The translations under genes and the position numbers were made by a program. A stretch of DNA of 64,000 nt from Bacteroidetes bacterium ADurb.Bin037 (GTDB lineage: Bacteria; Bacteroidota; Bacteroidia; Bacteroidales; UBA932), in contig MWER01000013.1 of assembly GCA_002071175.1 (NCBI GenBank), positions 71,412-135,411 on the forward strand. The letters run 5' to 3'. The notes under the pieces are model-generated. The model had not been told where the DNA came from. It saw only the letters and a list, made by a program, of their open reading frames with translations, and did no database searches. This document shows, piece by piece, positions 18,903 to 27,465 of the stretch (positions are counted from its first letter, which is position 1; every line of letters begins with the position of its first letter).

Positions 18903-19589
18903 ATGAAGGCAGATATCATTTTCAGGTTTTTTCCCCATCTGGATCAGCAGGCCAGATCACGTTTTGCGCAACTGGAGGATCTGTATATTTATTGGAACAA
19001 CCGTATCAACGTGATCAGCAGGAAAGACATCGAACATCTTTACATCAGACACGTACTCCATTCACTTGCCTTATCGCGTGCCGTAAAGGACGACCCCTTC
19101 AAAGAAGGGAATGTGATCCTGGATGCCGGAACGGGAGGCGGATTTCCCGGGATACCCCTGGCGATCCTGCATCCCGGTACCCGTTTTGTCTTATGTGATT
19201 CAATAACCAAGAAGATCAAAGTGGTGGAGGAGATTTCAAAAACGCTGGGACTGCAAAATGTAACCCCTCTCGTATCCAGGATCGAATCATTGCCGGAAAA
19301 ATCTTTTGACCGTATTGTATCACGAGCCGTAACAAGTATGGTTCGCTTTCTCCCGTGGACCAGGAATAAATTCAGGGAACAAGGCAGCATCCTGTTCCTT
19401 AAGGGCGGCAATCTTGAAAGTGAAATCCGAAAGGCCTCATCCGTTTTACACATTCCCGAATCCTGTTTTACCGTAACGGATCTGAAAAATACATTTCCCG
19501 GACTGGATGATGATTTCTTTGACACGAAAAAAATTTGTGAAATCAAACAAACTTCGTACCTTTGCGCTCCCCCGCTCAAAAACAGTTAA
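18903..19589 (+). CDS. rsmG: 16S rRNA (guanine527-N7)-methyltransferase
   Basis: WNNRINVISRKDIEHLYIRHVLHSL and the SAM motif ILDAGTGGGFPGIPLAI. Confidence 0.85.
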   Translation: MKADIIFRFFPHLDQQARSRFAQLEDLYIYWNNRINVISRKDIEHLYIRHVLHSLALSRAVKDDPFKEGNVILDAGTGGGFPGIPLAILHPGTRFVLCDSITKKIKVVEEISKTLGLQNVTPLVSRIESLPEKSFDRIVSRAVTSMVRFLPWTRNKFREQGSILFLKGGNLESEIRKASSVLHIPESCFTVTDLKNTFPGLDDDFFDTKKICEIKQTSYLCAPPLKNS

Positions 19590-19613
19590 TACGGATAATA
19601 CAGAAAAATAAAT

Positions 19614-19766
19614 ATGAAAAGGACATTTCAACCCTCTCAACGTAAACGCCGTAACAAACACGGATTTCGTGAGCGTATGTCTACTCAAAACGGACGTCGC
19701 ATTCTGGCTGCCCGCCGCAGACGCGGACGCAAAAAATTAACCGTATCCGACGAAGATCGTTTCTAG
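19614..19766 (+). CDS. rpmH: 50S ribosomal protein L34
   Basis: Below the ORF-track size cut-off, found by eye: [50 protein letters not shown] (50 aa). Confidence 0.9.
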   Translation: MKRTFQPSQRKRRNKHGFRERMSTQNGRRILAARRRRGRKKLTVSDEDRF

Positions 19767-19769
19767 GAA

Positions 19770-20585
19770 GTGTCTGATAAAAAATCCATAAGGAGACCGA
19801 TTCTCAGACATCTGCTGTGGATTTTCGTATTCCTTTTTGTGCTCTTTCTGGGCATATACACTTTTTTGCACCTCTTTACACGTCATGGGAAAGGGTTCAT
19901 TCTTCCCGACTTTTCCGGTCTCACACTGGAAGAAGCACAGGAAGAGGCTTTGTCTTTACATCTGAGGCTGGAAGTGACGGATTCGCTGTACATGCCCGAG
20001 TTGCCCAAAGGTGTTATCTTCAGACAGGTCCCTCCTGCTGGGCAACATGTAAAAAAGAACCGGAGGGTGGAACTGACGGTAAATTCATTGCTCCCACGCC
20101 AGGTTTCGATGCCTTCGCTGGTCGGTTTTTCACTCAGGCAGGCAAAGGCGGAACTGGCCTCACAAGGGCTTAAACTGGGTCATCTGACCTATGTTCCGGA
20201 TATGGCAACAAACAACGTGCTGGAACAATTTTACCGGGGAAATCCCATTGCGCCGGGATCTCCGATTGACATATACAGTTCCGTCGATCTGAAACTGGGA
20301 ATGTCTTCCGATCACCAATTGGCTTACATCCCGCTGCTGAAGGGAAAAAGCCTGGAAGCTGCCCTCGATATACTTAGCGATCACTCCCTAAATATAGGTA
20401 ACATCCGTTACGACCAGACGGTACTGACGGCCGCCGATACATTGGCTGCACGTATCTTCAGGCAATCACCCGGTTATTCACAGCAACCCGAATGGCCGCT
20501 GGGTACACCGGTACACCTGACCTTGACGATCGATCCCCAATTGCTCATAGCAGAAGAAATCCCCCTTATTGAAGATGCCCTGTAA
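19770..20585 (+). CDS. PASTA-domain membrane protein
   Basis: GTG start 3 nt after rpmH. One N-terminal TM (LLWIFVFLFVLFLGIYTFL) followed by three ~65-aa repeats of PASTA type (LPDFSGLTLEEAQ.., MPSLVGFSLRQAKAEL.., IPLLKGKSLEAALDIL..). Confidence 0.7.
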   Translation: MSDKKSIRRPILRHLLWIFVFLFVLFLGIYTFLHLFTRHGKGFILPDFSGLTLEEAQEEALSLHLRLEVTDSLYMPELPKGVIFRQVPPAGQHVKKNRRVELTVNSLLPRQVSMPSLVGFSLRQAKAELASQGLKLGHLTYVPDMATNNVLEQFYRGNPIAPGSPIDIYSSVDLKLGMSSDHQLAYIPLLKGKSLEAALDILSDHSLNIGNIRYDQTVLTAADTLAARIFRQSPGYSQQPEWPLGTPVHLTLTIDPQLLIAEEIPLIEDAL

Positions 20586-21620
20586 ATGAGAGATGAACAG
20601 GAACTTTTTGAACATTTTCACGTTGTCGTTGACAAGGGCCAATCCCCTTTAAGGATCGACAAATTTCTTACATCAAAACTCGAAGCAACATCCAGGAACC
20701 GGATTCAGCTTGCCGCCGAATCCGAATATATCCTTGTAAACGGAATACCGGTCAAAAACAATTATAAAGTCAAGCCTCTGGATGATATCCGGATCATGCT
20801 CCCCTTTGAAAAAAGGGAGTTCAGCCTTATCGCAGAGGAGATCCCTTTGGATATCCTATTTGAAGATCAGGACATTTTGGTAGTAAATAAGCCGGCAGGA
20901 CTGACCGTTCATCCCGGACACGGCAACTATTCAGGGACACTTCTGAACGGACTGGCCTGGCATTTCGGGCAAAGGGGCACGGTCAATACAGACGATTCCC
21001 GGATGGGAGTCCTCGTACACCGTATTGACAAGGACACTTCGGGACTGCTCGTTGTGGCCAAGTCGGAAGCTGCACAATTTCGCCTGTCACGTCAATTCTC
21101 AGAGTATACCGTAGAGAGGATCTACCTTGCATTGGTATGGGGAGATCCGGAAAATGACCGGGGTACGATTACCGGGGATATTGCAAGACATCCTTCGGAC
21201 AGATTGCGCTTTCGCGTTTGTCCCCCGGAACAGGAAGGCAAACATGCCGTTACCCATTACAAGGTACTGGAGCGATTCGGATACGTTACGCTTCTCGAAT
21301 GCCGTCTGGAAACAGGCAGGACACACCAGATCCGCGTACACCTGGAACATATAGACCATCCCCTGTTCGGAGATGTCCGTTACGGCGGGGACCGTATCCG
21401 GAAAGGTACGCATTATACGAAATACAAACAATTTGTGGATAATTGCCTGGACATACTTCCCCGGCAGGCACTCCATGCCAAGACGTTGGGATTCATACAT
21501 CCGGGAACAGGAAACAAAGTTCAATTTGAAGCCCCGCTACCTGAAGATTTCAGCAAAGTCTTGGAAAAGTGGCGCAGATACGCTATTTCCGCACAATTCT
21601 CTGAGGATTCTTTGATATAA
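20586..21620 (+). CDS. rluD: RluA-family 23S rRNA pseudouridine synthase (RluD-like)
   Basis: S4 domain (RIDKFLTSKL..SRNRIQ), catalytic HRIDKDTSGLLVVAK, and GRTHQIRVHL. Confidence 0.9.
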   Translation: MRDEQELFEHFHVVVDKGQSPLRIDKFLTSKLEATSRNRIQLAAESEYILVNGIPVKNNYKVKPLDDIRIMLPFEKREFSLIAEEIPLDILFEDQDILVVNKPAGLTVHPGHGNYSGTLLNGLAWHFGQRGTVNTDDSRMGVLVHRIDKDTSGLLVVAKSEAAQFRLSRQFSEYTVERIYLALVWGDPENDRGTITGDIARHPSDRLRFRVCPPEQEGKHAVTHYKVLERFGYVTLLECRLETGRTHQIRVHLEHIDHPLFGDVRYGGDRIRKGTHYTKYKQFVDNCLDILPRQALHAKTLGFIHPGTGNKVQFEAPLPEDFSKVLEKWRRYAISAQFSEDSLI

Positions 21621-22149
21621 AAGTCTCCCATGAGAGAGATGAAGTCTGTCTATCGTGAAAAACCGTCTGATTCGCATGACAAACGGCAACGGCCAATGCA
21701 TCCGTTGCATCCCAGGATTCAGGTTCCTGTGTAAAACGAAGGATCTTTTTCAACATAGCGGCAACTTGTTCTTTCGATGCGGCACCCCTTCCGGTAACGG
21801 CCATTTTAATCTTTCTAGGCGCATATTCGCAAACAGGAACATTTTTTGACAACGCAGCGGCTATGGCTACTCCCTGGGCCCGGCCGAGTTTGAGCATGGA
21901 CTGAACATTTTTGCTGTAAAACGGAGCTTCAATGGCCATGATGTCCGGATGAAATTCTTCCAACAGTTCATACGTTTTTTCAAGGATATGGCTCATCCTC
22001 CTATACGGGTCTTTGATCGATGCCATTTTGACGATCCCCAGTGCCAAAACTTCCATTTCCCTGCCTGCTGTCTTAATGACACCGTATCCCATAACGCGTG
22101 TTCCCGGATCTATACCCAGGATGATCCCTTCCTGTCCCGTGTTTTTCAT
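21583..22149 (-). CDS. ruvC: Crossover junction endodeoxyribonuclease RuvC
   Basis: ILGIDPGTRVMGYGVI, MAIEAPFYSKNVQS, DATDALAVAVCH. Confidence 0.9.
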   Translation of the reverse strand: MKNTGQEGIILGIDPGTRVMGYGVIKTAGREMEVLALGIVKMASIKDPYRRMSHILEKTYELLEEFHPDIMAIEAPFYSKNVQSMLKLGRAQGVAIAAALSKNVPVCEYAPRKIKMAVTGRGAASKEQVAAMLKKILRFTQEPESWDATDALAVAVCHANQTVFHDRQTSSLSWETFISKNPQRIVRK

Positions 22150-23414
22150 ATCCTGGAAAAATGCAAATATTTATGCAACACATCGGGCATTACGATACCC
22201 TCCCGGGTTTGGTTGTTCTCCAGCAGTGCGGCAACGATCCTGGGCAATGCCAGTGAACTTCCGTTTAATGTATGTACCAGATGTATCTTTCCGTCTCTAT
22301 CCCTGAAGCGTGCTTTTAGCCTGTTCGATTGGAAAGTCTCGAAATTGGAAACCGAGCTGACCTCCAGCCAACGCTGCTGCGCAGCAGAATACACTTCAAA
22401 ATCATAAGTCATGGCCGAAGTAAAACTCAAATCTCCTCCACACAGGCGCACGATGCGGTAAGGCAATTTGAGGAGTTGTACCAGCCTCTCAATATGTTTG
22501 ACCATTTGATCGAAGACCGAATATGAATGGTCCGGATGTGTAAGTTGGACAATTTCAACCTTATCAAACTGATGCAAACGGTTCAATCCCCTGACGTCTT
22601 TTCCGTAAGAACCTGCCTCACGCCGGAAACACGGTGTATAGGCAGTAAGCCTGACAGGGAGCTCATCCAATTCCAATATCGTGTCGCGGTATATATTGGT
22701 CAGCGGCACCTCTGCCGTAGGAATAAGGTAATAATTATCCAGTTCCATATGATACATCTGCTGTCCCTTATCCGGCAATTGTCCCGTTCCATATCCCGAA
22801 TCCTCGTTTACCAGTATAGGAGGCATGATCTCTGTGTAACCAGCCCGTGTGTTCTGGTCCAAAAAGAACTGGATCAGTCCCATTTGCAGACGGGCTCCCT
22901 TTCCTTTGTAAACAGGAAAACCTGCTCCGGTCAGCTTAACCCCCAGCTCAAAATCTATCAGGTCGAACTTTTTGGCCAATTCCCAATGCGGAAGTGCACC
23001 GGAAGGAAGTTCGGGAATGGTGCCACCCTCCCTTACCAGAACGTTGTCCTGGGCCCCCTCTCCCTTAACTACCAATTTGTATGGAATATTAGGGAGCGTG
23101 ACCAGCAGATCATCCAACTCCTTTGCCAGCAATTCCTGTTCATGAATGAGGGTTTTTACCCTTTCCTTACTTTCAGCAGCTTTCCTTCTGATCTCTTCCG
23201 CTTCCGCTTTTTTCCCCTCTTTGAGCAAGTCCCCGATGCCGGATGCCATTTTCTTCTGTTCCGCAATCAGGGCATCGGCTTCCGTCTGTGCCGCCCTTCT
23301 GCGTGCATCCGTATCGAGTATTTTTGCTATAACGGGACCTGCATCCATATTCCTGATGGCAAGCCGTTGCGCAACAAAGTCGGGATTATCCCTTAAAAGC
23401 TTTAACGTTAACAT
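22146..23414 (-). CDS. serS: Serine--tRNA ligase
   Basis: Start moved to MLTLKLLRDNPDFV (ATG 23414). Class II motifs FRREAGSYGKDVRGLNRLHQF and GSSLALPRIVAALLENNQ. Confidence 0.95.
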   Translation of the reverse strand: MLTLKLLRDNPDFVAQRLAIRNMDAGPVIAKILDTDARRRAAQTEADALIAEQKKMASGIGDLLKEGKKAEAEEIRRKAAESKERVKTLIHEQELLAKELDDLLVTLPNIPYKLVVKGEGAQDNVLVREGGTIPELPSGALPHWELAKKFDLIDFELGVKLTGAGFPVYKGKGARLQMGLIQFFLDQNTRAGYTEIMPPILVNEDSGYGTGQLPDKGQQMYHMELDNYYLIPTAEVPLTNIYRDTILELDELPVRLTAYTPCFRREAGSYGKDVRGLNRLHQFDKVEIVQLTHPDHSYSVFDQMVKHIERLVQLLKLPYRIVRLCGGDLSFTSAMTYDFEVYSAAQQRWLEVSSVSNFETFQSNRLKARFRDRDGKIHLVHTLNGSSLALPRIVAALLENNQTREGIVMPDVLHKYLHFSRI

Positions 23415-23415
23415 G

Positions 23416-25137
23416 TTATGACAATTTAATCTCCATAATGGCTTCGGAAACGTTGATAATATAGTCCCCAATCCGCTCGCATTCGGCTATCAGGTCCATA
23501 AAATATACCCTGGTAAGGTAATCGTGATCACTCTTTCCCAGACTGATCAGGTTCCCCTCCCTGAGGATATCACGGTATTTGTCGATAGCCTTTTCTGCAT
23601 CATAAGCACTTTCGATATTTGTCAGTTTTGTATAGCCTGCCTTCAGATTATTGAGCATGATCTCAAAAGCTTTATCCAACAGGTCGAACATACCCTCAAT
23701 ATTACGCACCATTTCTTCATCAAACACTATTTTGTTAAGACGCTTCCGCTGAAGTACCCTGGCCAGATTATAGCCTGAATCGCCCATATTTTCCATTTCC
23801 CCTATTATCTTGTACATAGCCTGTATCCTGCTGCCGGATTCCGAACTGATCTTTTCCTCCCCTATCTGGTTCAGATATTCGGCTATTTCAAACTCAATCC
23901 TGTCAGTCACTTCCTCATAATAGGCTATCTTTTTGAACAGGGTGTCAAACTCTTCGTCGTGCGTCAAAGTAAGTGCTTCCTTAATAAAATTGTATTGTCT
24001 GATCACTATATCCGCAAAATGTACGACTTCCTGTTTTGCCTGGTTCAGGGATAATTCCGCAGTAGTGAGCATACCTGCATGTATGAACTTGAGCCGGTAC
24101 TTTTCCTCTTCCTTTGGGCTCTTGATGAGAAAGGTAACGATCTTTGCCAGAACGGGAGTGAAACCTATCAACAACAATGTATTTGCTACATTGAACAGGG
24201 TATGCAGAAGGGATACGGAATACAACATCGATGTCGATGCGGCTTCCTGATCAACGGCTTGTGCAATAGGAATGAAAGGATCGGCAACACCCAGTCCGGT
24301 TATTATGGTGCTGACAAGCCTGAGGAACGGCCTGAAAAGCACCAGGACCCATATTACTCCTATGACATTGAAGACAGTGTGTGCCAAGGCCGCTCTTTTT
24401 GCCGGGACATTTCCGACCGCCGCTGCCAGATTAGCCGTTATGGTAGTTCCTATATTTTCTCCCAACACCATGGCTGCCGCCATTTCAAAAGGGATCCAGC
24501 CGTAATTAACCATGACAAGGGTCAATGCCACAGTGGCACTGGAGGATTGGAGAACGATAGTCAAAAGAGTCCCGATCCCAACAAATATCAGGATAGACCA
24601 AAAACCACGGTCTGTAAACGTTTGCAGAAATGCAAGCGTTTCCGGATGTGACTGCAGGTCGGGGACGGAATTTTTGAGGAAAGTAATCCCCAAAAAAAGC
24701 AAGGCAAAACCGACGATCATTTCCCCGGTATGTTTTCTTTTTTGCTTCTTGGACATGGAAAGAATAAATCCCACTGCGATCAGCGGTATCGACAAAACGG
24801 CGATATCGGCCTTGAAGCCCAAAAATGCCACGATCCAGGCAGTAACGGTAGTACCGATATTGGCTCCCATGATCATCCCGATGGCCTCAGTTAGGGAAAG
24901 CAGACCGGCATTGACAAAACTCACGATCATTACGGTTGTGGCACTGGAAGACTGGATTATTGCCGTAATGGACAAACCTGTGAGCACACGTTTAAAGGAA
25001 TTGGACGTCATAGAGGCCAGAAAGTTCCGAAGGCCCTCACCTGCAATTTTCTGTAAAGATTCACTCATAAGGGTCATCCCGTAAAGGAACAGTCCAAGCG
25101 AACCTGCCAGGTTGAAAATTTGTAATACTGTATCCAT
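23416..25137 (-). CDS. Na/Pi cotransporter family protein with PhoU-like C-terminal domain
   Basis: Start moved to MDTVLQIFNLAGSLGLFLYGM (ATG 25137). Duplicated QSSSATT/QSSSATV NaPi-II motifs. Helical PhoU-like tail. Confidence 0.85.
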   Translation of the reverse strand: MDTVLQIFNLAGSLGLFLYGMTLMSESLQKIAGEGLRNFLASMTSNSFKRVLTGLSITAIIQSSSATTVMIVSFVNAGLLSLTEAIGMIMGANIGTTVTAWIVAFLGFKADIAVLSIPLIAVGFILSMSKKQKRKHTGEMIVGFALLFLGITFLKNSVPDLQSHPETLAFLQTFTDRGFWSILIFVGIGTLLTIVLQSSSATVALTLVMVNYGWIPFEMAAAMVLGENIGTTITANLAAAVGNVPAKRAALAHTVFNVIGVIWVLVLFRPFLRLVSTIITGLGVADPFIPIAQAVDQEAASTSMLYSVSLLHTLFNVANTLLLIGFTPVLAKIVTFLIKSPKEEEKYRLKFIHAGMLTTAELSLNQAKQEVVHFADIVIRQYNFIKEALTLTHDEEFDTLFKKIAYYEEVTDRIEFEIAEYLNQIGEEKISSESGSRIQAMYKIIGEMENMGDSGYNLARVLQRKRLNKIVFDEEMVRNIEGMFDLLDKAFEIMLNNLKAGYTKLTNIESAYDAEKAIDKYRDILREGNLISLGKSDHDYLTRVYFMDLIAECERIGDYIINVSEAIMEIKLS

Positions 25138-25204
25138 ATACTTGAAATTTCCCTGCAAAGATGCATTGTTTTTTATACTTTTGGTAAAGAAAACGCCATC
25201 AATT

Positions 25205-25432
25205 ATGAACATCCCGAAATTATTCCTGTTAATTTTTACCTTGGCAAACACGTAAACCAGCTATGCCCAAAGCATTCCGGTAAGGATCCCGGCCCTATAT
25301 AATCCCAAGGAAGATCAGCCCCATGTCGCCTTTGCAGAAAACGCCGTATCTTTCTTTTCGGAACTGCACAACGGAAAAAACCTGATTACCGATCCCGCAT
25401 ACCTGAATCAAGGAACAGAAAAAAGCTTTTGA
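25205..25432 (+). pseudogene. Small secreted-protein ORF interrupted by an in-frame TAA (25253-25255)
   Basis: Not in the ORF track. One reading frame gives MNIPKLFLLIFTLANT*TSYAQSIPVRIPALYNPKEDQPHVAFAENAVSFFSELHNGKNLITDPAYLNQGTEKSF*. The stop sits inside what reads as a signal peptide ending in the ..SYAQ cleavage context. Confidence 0.3.
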
Positions 25433-25526
25433 AGATCATATGGGACACGGAGACAGGTGGCTTGGCGATCATAAGGCAGCCTTTGAGGGAATTTTCGTAC
25501 CTTAGTTCATCCGTTTACGCTCTATC

Positions 25527-26663
25527 ATGGAATTTTTGCAACACACATTTGAAAAACATCCCGATTGTACGGTACAGGTCTCCGTTTTTAGGCCGGTACA
25601 AGGTAACGGTTCTCAGTATCATCTGATATTCAGGTTCCAGGATCCAGGGAAAAAAGATCCCCGCACAAACCGGCCGGATCCTTTGACAGCTTTGCATGAT
25701 TGTGTAGAGGAATGGTTCATGCGTGATCCCTACAGGGACACGGAATGTGTTTTTGCCCGTTATTTTATGAAAGATGCATCTACACAACGTTCGCACATCA
25801 GAGCCAGGGAACTGTACCCGATAACTTGTGGGGTATCCTTCATAGAACAACCGCCTGCAAACGGATCGGAAATAGCCCTCTGGCTGTATGTAAGGGACAA
25901 GTCCTGTGAAGATGGGAAATACACCCATTTGTGGATAACGGAAAAATTCTGCCTGGCGGGTGATGTCACGCAACAGACACGCAAACTGCTGACGGATTAT
26001 CAGCAATGGTTGCAGGCAAAAGGATGCCATATGGCAGACCATTGCGTCAGGACATGGTTCTTTATCCGGGATATTGACGTCAACTACGCTGCTTTTGCCA
26101 AATCGAGGACGGAATATTTCAGTCAGATAGGGATGGATGAAAATACCCACTACATTGCCAGTACGGGTATCGAAGGAAGCAACGGCGTCCCTTCTTCCTA
26201 TGTAACAATGGATGCTTATGCGATCGCCGGATTAGAGCCTTCCAACATCAAATTCCTGTACGGATTTTCACACCTGAGCCCCACCAATATGTATGGCGTG
26301 ACCTTCGAGCGCGGTGTGTCGCTCCAATTCGAAGATCATGACCAGATTCTGATATCGGGGACCGCCAGTATAGACAAATCGGGGAACGTATTACATATGG
26401 ATAACATCCATGATCAGACCCTGCGGATGTGGGAAAACGTAGAAGTTTTACTGGAAGAAGCGGAAGCCACCTTTGAAGATGTGGCCCAAATTATCGTTTA
26501 CCTGCGCAGACAGGAAGATTACGAACCGGTAAGCAACCTGTTCCAAAGCCGTTTCCCTGCCATTCCCACCGTCATAGTCATGGGTAAGGTCTGCCGTCCT
26601 GCATGGCTGATAGAGATGGAATGCATAGCCCTAAGATCAAAAAAACCGGCTAAATCTCATTAG
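25527..26663 (+). CDS. RidA/YjgF-fold protein with long N-terminal extension (FkbO/Hyg5-type chorismatase-like)
   Basis: 378 aa. The C-terminal ~130 aa is RidA-like (ILISGTASIDKSGNVLHMDNIHDQTLRMWENVEVLL...VCRPAWLIEMECIA). The ~240-aa N-terminal extension matches the FkbO/Hyg5/XanB2 family architecture, from memory and not searched. Confidence 0.5.
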   Translation: MEFLQHTFEKHPDCTVQVSVFRPVQGNGSQYHLIFRFQDPGKKDPRTNRPDPLTALHDCVEEWFMRDPYRDTECVFARYFMKDASTQRSHIRARELYPITCGVSFIEQPPANGSEIALWLYVRDKSCEDGKYTHLWITEKFCLAGDVTQQTRKLLTDYQQWLQAKGCHMADHCVRTWFFIRDIDVNYAAFAKSRTEYFSQIGMDENTHYIASTGIEGSNGVPSSYVTMDAYAIAGLEPSNIKFLYGFSHLSPTNMYGVTFERGVSLQFEDHDQILISGTASIDKSGNVLHMDNIHDQTLRMWENVEVLLEEAEATFEDVAQIIVYLRRQEDYEPVSNLFQSRFPAIPTVIVMGKVCRPAWLIEMECIALRSKKPAKSH

Positions 26664-26667
26664 CCGG
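26639..26667 (-). terminator. Rho-independent terminator of the rplU-rpmA operon (8-bp stem ccggctaa/ttagccgg, 6-nt loop, U-run on the minus strand)
   Basis: The hairpin is at 26646-26667. An A7 run at 26639-26645 gives the U-run for the minus-strand transcript. It overlaps the last codons and stop of the convergent 25527..26663 CDS. Confidence 0.6.
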
Positions 26668-26696
26668 CTAATTTGTTGCAGAACTATTTCTTTATC

Positions 26697-26969
26697 TTAT
26701 GCCTGGACAGGTTCAACCACAGGCTGGATAGAAACGTATGATTTGTTATTGGCTTTTTTACGGAAAACTACAATTCCATCTTTCAGGGCATATAACGTAT
26801 GATCCCTGCCAATACCCACGTTTTCACCGGGGTTGTGCAAAGTGCCTCTTTGACGGACGATAATGTTACCGGCTTTGGCAACTTGTCCGCCGAATAATTT
26901 CACGCCTAAACGTTTGCTGTGTGATTCGCGGCCGTTCTTTGAACTGCCTACACCTTTCTTGTGTGCCAT
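26697..26969 (-). CDS. rpmA: 50S ribosomal protein L27
   Basis: [24 protein letters not shown]... Confidence 0.95.
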   Translation of the reverse strand: MAHKKGVGSSKNGRESHSKRLGVKLFGGQVAKAGNIIVRQRGTLHNPGENVGIGRDHTLYALKDGIVVFRKKANNKSYVSIQPVVEPVQA

Positions 26970-26987
26970 AATCCTACGTATTAGATA

Positions 26988-27296
26988 TTATGAAATTGTG
27001 TCTATCTGGATCTGTGTCAAATATTGACGGTGTCCGTTGCATTTCTGGTATCCTTTTCTCCTCTTCTTTTTGAATACCAGCACTTTTTTACCTCTGAGGT
27101 GTTTCAGGACAGTGGCATTTACGGCAGCTCCTTTAAGATAAGGTTTACCTACAAGGACCTTTCCGTTATTGTCTTTAAGCAGTACCTTGTCAAAACTTAC
27201 GCTTGCACCTTCCTCTGCCTCAAGACGGTTCACGAATACCTTCCATCCTTCTTCCACCTTGAATTGTTGTCCTGCAATGTCAACTATTGCATACAT
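26988..27296 (-). CDS. rplU: 50S ribosomal protein L21
   Basis: [17 protein letters not shown]...[23 protein letters not shown]. Confidence 0.95.
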   Translation of the reverse strand: MYAIVDIAGQQFKVEEGWKVFVNRLEAEEGASVSFDKVLLKDNNGKVLVGKPYLKGAAVNATVLKHLRGKKVLVFKKKRRKGYQKCNGHRQYLTQIQIDTIS

Positions 27297-27398
27297 AAAT
27301 CAAACTTTTTATTGTTTCAACCGCAAGCGGGTGTTTACAAACACCTCTTATTCAATAGCTCGACGGTCATCTAATAGTCACTTTCCAAAATCGGACTG

Positions 27399-27406
27399 CA
27401 AAGGTA
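27399..27406 (-). promoter_or_regulatory. -7 promoter box TACCTTTG (minus strand) about 100 nt upstream of rplU
   Basis: The plus strand reads caaaggta. It implies a ~95-nt 5' leader for rplU. Confidence 0.35.
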
Positions 27407-27436
27407 AAAAAGTTTCTCGGAAAACCAAAGAAAAAG

Positions 27437-27444
27437 TATCTTTG
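27437..27444 (+). promoter_or_regulatory. -7 promoter box TATCTTTG upstream of the NTPase gene
   Basis: Matches the TAnnTTTG consensus, 22 nt before ATG 27466. Confidence 0.4.
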
Positions 27445-27465
27445 TACAATTGCAACAACTTTGTT

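Noticed and set aside
22527-23396. 289-aa plus-strand ORF
   Set aside because: It is entirely antisense to serS, whose class II synthetase motifs are unambiguous. The sequence is low-complexity with no recognisable motifs, so it is a shadow ORF.
27169-27465. N-terminal extensions of track ORFs. They affect the NTPase here, and also 9489..9551 (SDR), 10400..10666 (M23 peptidase), 18252..18347 (sigma factor), 25138..25251 (Na/Pi transporter), 23415..23471 (serS), 17168..17206 (GT2) and 28590..28634 (sirtuin).
   Set aside because: The extensions overlap neighbouring real genes or promoters, and several start on non-ATG codons. In-frame ATGs yield canonical N-termini (signal peptides, Rossmann or PP motifs), so the shorter starts were used.
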